The notes below the pieces were generated by a model. That model worked only from the letters and a program-made list of their open reading frames with translations. It had not been told where the DNA came from and ran no database searches. From contig MU057555.1 of the NCBI GenBank assembly GCA_013265495.1, forward strand, positions 74,992-138,991: a stretch of 64,000 nucleotides of DNA, in the 5' to 3' direction. The first letter of the stretch is position 1; every line of letters starts with the position of its first letter. The stretch comes from Vicugna vicugna (Eukaryota). A program made the position numbers and the translations under genes. This document shows, piece by piece, positions 58,506 through 64,000 of the stretch.

Positions 58506-60392
58506 TAAGTCAGTGAGCTTTTAGCAATGGAAATCTGAGGATGCCAGCTCTTCTGAGCCTTCAGTGGCTCCCTACTGTTCTTAGGATAAAGGCCAAATTG
58601 TCCCCAGGAGGATGCACGTTGCATCTTGGTCCTCTCAGTATGTTCCTTCTCAAAGCTTCATTACTTCCTCTCCTCCCCTTCTCCCAGACTCTCGTCCTTC
58701 AGGTCTCGTGGACACCTTCCCTTCCCCTTCGGAGGAAAGTTGGCCTCTCTGCAGTCCTTTGGGCTGTTCCTTCACAGCGCACATGGTGGTTGTCATTCAT
58801 TACTTCTGGGGCTTTTTTCTTCTTGGTTTGTTGATGTGCTCTCTGCCTCCTCCATCTGACTATGGGGTGTGCGGGTGGAACTGTGCCCCTTCTCCTCTGT
58901 GCTGTGCATCCCCGGCTCCTGACCTGTGCCTGGCACCCGGCTGGCGCCCTGTGTATAGTGGAAGGACTGGCAGGAAGAGGAGGGTGAAGGGGGTGGTTTG
59001 GCTGCCTGGGATCAGGGGTAGGGGTGGGCGCCCTGAGCTCTGGGTGGTGTGGGGAGCTTGTGGGCTGCAGGTTGGGTGGGCTGTGTGAGGAGAAAGCCTG
59101 GGGGGTGGGGGCTGGCTGGGTGGGGACTGCAGTTACCCTGACAGTGGAGGGAGCTGTGAGTGTGGAGAAGTGGTCATCGGGACAGAAGTGCGGCCTGGAA
59201 ATGTGGTCAGGTAGAGGTGGGGCCGAGGGACAGGTGGATGATGCTGTGGCATTGGTGGCCCTCCTGAATGCATGTTCAGAGCCTGGAGAGGCCAGACCTG
59301 GGCAGGAGCCCTGCCAGGGGCCAGCAGCCAGAGCCCCGAGTGTCCAGGGGTCCTTCCTGAGAGGCAGGCTCCTGGGGCAGGCTTGACCTGCCTCAGCTAC
59401 AGGGGCATCAATTTGCAATTTCCAGCGCCAAGCTCCAGCCAAGGAGAGAGACTTCTATAAAATCAGACTTGGCTTTCCCCCAACTGGCTGGCCTCCTTCT
59501 CCCTGATTCTAAATGTCGGCTTGTCACAGTGTGTCTGCGTGCAAGCACGAGCCTGCATCTCTAGGGGCGGTGGCTGAGGGGATGTTTGCTGTGCTGGGGG
59601 CAGCATGGGGGTGGTATCTCTCAGTAAGCGAGTGGCCATTCCCTCCCCCCATACCAGCCCCACGGTTCTTTTTATATCTCACATTTACAGAAACCCTAAA
59701 CATCTGAGCCTGGGCGTAGTGGCAGCAGGCTGTTTGAGGCTGCAAGGGAAGGGACAGGAAGGTAGAGAGGCGGGGATAGCTGAGCCCAGCAGGCTGTCTG
59801 GGTCAGGGGGGCGGCCGCTGGCTTCCTTGCATCAGCCCCATAGCATCAGATGGTGCTGAGCTCTATTTAAAGGCTGCTTTCTCTGCCTCCACTGTGGGGT
59901 CCTCAGCAGGATGAATGAGCCAGAGGGAGGGCTGGTGTGGCCCCAAAACCGGGCCATGTTTGCCCTGAGAAGCTGGGAGCAATCTCCCAGAGAAACAGTC
60001 CTGGTGCAGCCCCGACTGGGTCCCTATTGACATGGAATCTCCTTGCCCAGGCCGCCCTCTCCTATCCCTGCCCTAACTCTGCACCAGATGAGAAGCCTAA
60101 TGAATGACCCCTGATCAAGGTTGCCCATAGGCAGCTGAGGGGAAGTGATGGCTCCCTGGGCTTATGCACTGGCCTCTGGAAGTGGGTAACTCCTGCAGGA
60201 TTCCCGAGGTACCCACTTCCTCCCTGAGGTGCATGATTATGTTCTCTTGCTTTTAGAGCATCGTCCTATAATACTGTGGTTCACCCCGAATGCACACACA
60301 AAGCCAGTTAGACCCCAGGGGCCTGCACACACAGGTCCTCCCTTCCTGACTCCTATTTTATTGATCAGAAGGCTGAGACCCAGGTTGGGACG

Positions 60393-60753
60393 TGTCTTAG
60401 TCCATTTGGGCTGCTGTAACAAAATACCATAGACTGGAAGGGTTAGAAACAACAGACATTTATTCCTCACAGTTCTGGAGGCTCGCAAGCCCAAGATCAA
60501 GGCGCTGGCAGATATGGTGTCTAGTGAGGGCTTTGTGGTTCACAGACTGGTATCTTTTCACTGTGTCCTCATGCGGAAGAAAGGGCAAGGGAGTGTTCTG
60601 AGGTCTCTTAGATAAGGGCACTAATCCCATTCATGAGGGCCCCACCCTCATGACCCGATCATCCCAAAGGCCACACCTCCTAATACCATCACCTTGAGGG
60701 TTAGGGCTTCAACATATGAGTTTTGTAGGGGCACAGACATTCAGACCAGAGCA
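60393..60753. mobile_element. MLT1(A-like) solo LTR, TSD ggacg/ggatg
   Basis: TG..CA termini and MLT1 motifs; the TSD copies differ by one CpG transition. Confidence 0.85.
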
Positions 60754-60756
60754 GGA

Positions 60757-60779
60757 TGTGTGTGTGTGTGTGTGTGTGT
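60757..60779. repeat. (TG)n microsatellite
   Basis: Direct reading. Confidence 0.9.
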
Positions 60780-61109
60780 AGGTGGCAGGGTAGGGATTAG
60801 AGGATGGTCTGTCCAACTCTAGTATGCAGGCATCACCTACTTACCCCAGCACTGAGGCCCAGAGATGAGTGGGCTCCTGCACCCGGACACTAGCGCGGAG
60901 CAGTGAGTGTGACCCCCAGGCACAACAGAGCTCAAGAATGATGCCAGGAGTGTGAGGCTGGACCTGTGCTGACCAGGATGGTTGCCATGAGCCACAGGCG
61001 GCTATCGAACCCTTGAACGATACTGGTCTGAATGGAGATGTGCTCTGAGTGAAAAACTCATGTCAGGTTTCAAAAACTTCATATAAAAAAAATCTGAAAG
61101 ATCTCAATG

Positions 61110-62410
61110 GCATAAATTAGGGGTTGGGGATTAACAGATACACATTGCTATATGTAAAATAGATAAACAATGACCTACTCTTTAGCACAGGGAACTATAG
61201 TCAATTTATTGTAATAACATATAATGGAAAAGGCTCTGAAAAGAAAAAAATATATATGTATGTATACGTATAACTGAATCACTTTGCTGTATACCTGAAA
61301 CTAACATTGTAAATCAACTACACGTCAATAAAAATTTTTTAATAAAGGGATCGCAATAGTTACATATTTTTGGCTATGTTGCATTAAATAAAAATATCTT
61401 TCAAAATAATTTGCCTTCCTCAAAAAGCTAGTCATAGAGTTATCATGGGACCCAGCAACTCCAAACTTAGGTATACACCCCAAAGAGTTGAGAACACGTG
61501 GTTAAATGAAACTTGTATATACATGTATATAGCAGCACTATTCACAATTGTCAAAAGGTAGAAATGGTGGGAAGGTATAGCTCAAGTGGTAGAGTGCATG
61601 CTTAGCACATACAAGGTCCTGGGTTCAATCCCCAGTACCTCCTCTAAAAGTAAAGTAAACCTAATTAACCCTTGTGAAAAAGATAAAAACAACCAAATAT
61701 CCACCAACAGATGAATGGATAAAGAAAATGTGGTCCATCCACACAGTGGATTATTATTCAGCCATAAAAAGGAGTGGAGCTGTAACACAGTCTACAACAT
61801 GGATGAACCTTGAAAATGTTATGCTAAGTGAAAGAAGCCAGACTAAAAGGTCACATATTATGTGATCCCATTTATGTGAAATATCCAGAAGAGGCAAATC
61901 TATAGCGACAGAAAGTACATTATTCAGAAAGTAGATTATTTGGTTACCATGGGGGAAGGGAGCATGAAGGGATAAATTGGGAGATTGAGATCTGCAGATA
62001 CTAACTATTTTATACAAAATAGATCAACAACAAGGTCCTACTGTATAGCACAGGGAACTATATTCAATCCGTGTAGAACCTATAACAAAAAAGAATATGA
62101 AAAGGAATATATGTATGTATATGTATGACTGAAACATGCTGTATATCAGAAACGGACACAACATTATAAACTGACTATACTTCAATTTAAAAAAAGGAAT
62201 GTAGATTAGTGGTGGTCAGAGGCTGAGAGTGGGGGAAAGGAGAGTGACTACTAATGGGGACTGGGTTTATCTTGGAGTAATAAAAATATTTTGAGATTAG
62301 ATAGAAGTGGTGGTTGCACAACACTGAAAATACTAAATGCTGGGGAAATTGTTCATCTTAAGTGGTTAATTTTATGTTATGTGAATTTCACCACAATTAA
62401 AAAAAAAACT
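61110..62410 (+). mobile_element. Nested L1 3' fragments
   Basis: ORF 61674..61865 (KYPPTDEWIKKMWSIHTVDYYSAIKR...WMNLENVMLSE) is the L1 ORF2 C-terminus; two gcacagggaactat 3' UTR copies. Confidence 0.88.
61569..61680 (+). mobile_element. tRNA-derived SINE (Vic-1-like) inside L1
   Basis: gggaaggtatagctcaagtggtagagtgcatgcttagcacatacaaggtcctgggttcaatccccagtacctcc. Confidence 0.85.
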
Positions 62411-63279
62411 TCACCTGTTTCCTTTTTTTTTACTTTCTTTAATGTAATGACTAGAAAATTGAAATGTGACTCACTTTAAATTGCCTTTGAACGCGGTTGG
62501 TTTAGCCCACTGTGCCTTCAGGGGAATCAGATCACAGCTGCATCCTCTGTCCAGCAGGTGAAAACTCCCAGGATTGTGGCTGACCCAGAGCAGGGCAGGG
62601 AGGAGTTGTTGTCCTGGGGGCTGAGGTGGGGATGGGAGCTGTAACCAGGGGGCTTTTGATTCATTTTTCGGATCAATATGACCTTGCTCTCCCTGGCTGG
62701 CCTGAGAAGCAGAGGATGGAGATTGGTGCCAAACTCTGAACCATCTTGAACCTCTGACTGCCTGAATTTCAAAGACCTCGAGAGTTTCCTGTTGCTTGGT
62801 GGTTTGGTAGTTTGCACCGCCAGCATCCTGGCAGACAGGGGGGTGTCACCTGGGAGTAGGTTTAGGATAAGATGACAGACAACCAGAAAAGGAGGGGCAT
62901 GGGTTGGAGGAGACAGATGAGGCAGGAGATAACTCGAGTCCAGGTGGGAGGGGCATGTCCTCACCTTCTCAGGGTTGATTGGAGGGAAACCAACTGGGTG
63001 TAGAATCAAGGTCTATGCTTTTCCCGCTGTGGGACCTTGGGCAACTGATCGACCTCAGCTGGCTTGGTTTCTGGGTCCTCCTGAGCCATCTGCTCCGTTC
63101 TGAGTAGTCGTTAGAAAATTCTTTCGAATAGAGAGGCCAGGCATTTCCATGCGGGATGTCCCGCGGGTCTTACCTTGGAGCAGGAGGAAGGGGTGCTCTT
63201 CTGCCCTGTTTTGGCATCACCAACTCCGCGTTCCCGGACCAGTTAGTTACAGCGATCACGTACTTGACCATTCGTCGTC

Positions 63280-63298
63280 TGGCCTCTAGGTGGCGCTG
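63280..63298 (+). promoter_or_regulatory. Strong CTCF-like motif
   Basis: TGGCCTCTAGGTGGCGCTG in a locally CpG-retaining patch. Confidence 0.6.
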
Positions 63299-63582
63299 CC
63301 TACCTGCCCGGTGGGCCTTGACTGGTCCAGTCTGTGCAACTTCAGCTCAACCAATGCCCCGGGGCCCTCCTGGGGACCGGGAGCTGGGGGACATGTCCTT
63401 GAACAAGGCCCAGGCCTTGGTCTGGGGGGCACTGAGTCTCATTTGGTTGTCCAATGGGTTGATTATTATAACATGGTCTTTGATCAGCCTGGGAGATCTG
63501 GAGCTCAGAGAAAGCCCTTTTTGCAGAAGAAGGCATCTGCAGGCCTTTACAAACGGTTTCCTGATTACAAAAGTGATCTTGG

Positions 63583-63716
63583 TTTTTTTTTTTTTTTTTT
63601 TTTTGGCAGGGGAGGGGGAGGTAATTAGGTTTATTTATTTTTTAATGGAGGTACCAGGGATGAACCCAGGACCGCCTGCATGCTAAGCAAACACTTTACT
63701 GAGCTATACCCTCCCC
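63583..63716 (-). mobile_element. tRNA-derived SINE (Vic-1-like) with long poly(A) tail
   Basis: T-run of about 22 nt, then gaggtaattaggtttattt...gaacccaggacc..gcatgctaagc..gagctataccctcccc. Confidence 0.85.
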
Positions 63717-64000
63717 ACGATTGTGTGTTTTTGTAGAATTAATTAAGTACAGCACCAAAGTCTACCCAGCTCTCCATCAAGGGCCTTCCCCACCCTCTTC
63801 AGAGGTAAACATCACGATCCACAGCTGGCAGTGTATATCTCCAGATCATTTTCTCCTGAGCAAACAGAATCTTGTAGGGTATCTTCTGGGTGGAGAAGCC
63901 TTTCTGAGAGCTGGAGCAGGGTGGGCAAGAGGGAGGTGGTGGGAAGAAGCCAGACTGGGTGCAGTGGGGTGGGAGGTGGGGAGGGTGGCTGGAACTCTGG

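Noticed and set aside
59450..59875. MEF2/TATA-like AT motifs (ctataaaa, ctatttaaag)
   Set aside because: Imperfect matches with no supporting context.

Overview
GC-rich mammalian genomic DNA, syntenic to human 19p13.13. The order is NFIX 3' end (+), LYL1 (-), TRMT1 (-), NACC1 (+), STX10 (-), IER2 (+), followed by about 22 kb of repeat-rich intergenic DNA. Five copies of a tRNA-derived SINE resembling camelid Vic-1 suggest a camel, llama or alpaca genome. I reconstructed all five complete genes exon by exon by hand; all have intact frames (LYL1 279 aa, TRMT1 657 aa, NACC1 535 aa, STX10 249 aa, IER2 222 aa). The most striking unexplained feature is a ~0.9-1.2 kb block of lower GC between the convergent NACC1 and STX10 poly(A) sites. 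Its degraded + strand translation shows many colinear motif matches to bornavirus nucleoprotein, so it is a candidate endogenous bornavirus-like N element (EBLN). That comparison is by eye against a BoDV-1 N sequence recalled from memory and needs tBLASTn/HMM confirmation. Other highlights: an AT-AC minor-spliceosome intron in STX10, a poly-Ala/Glu-Ala overlapping uORF in NACC1, an intact coronavirus Mpro cleavage motif in TRMT1, a perfect 155-bp tandem duplication upstream of IER2, and an orphan CpG-rich promoter-like element near 46.5 kb.
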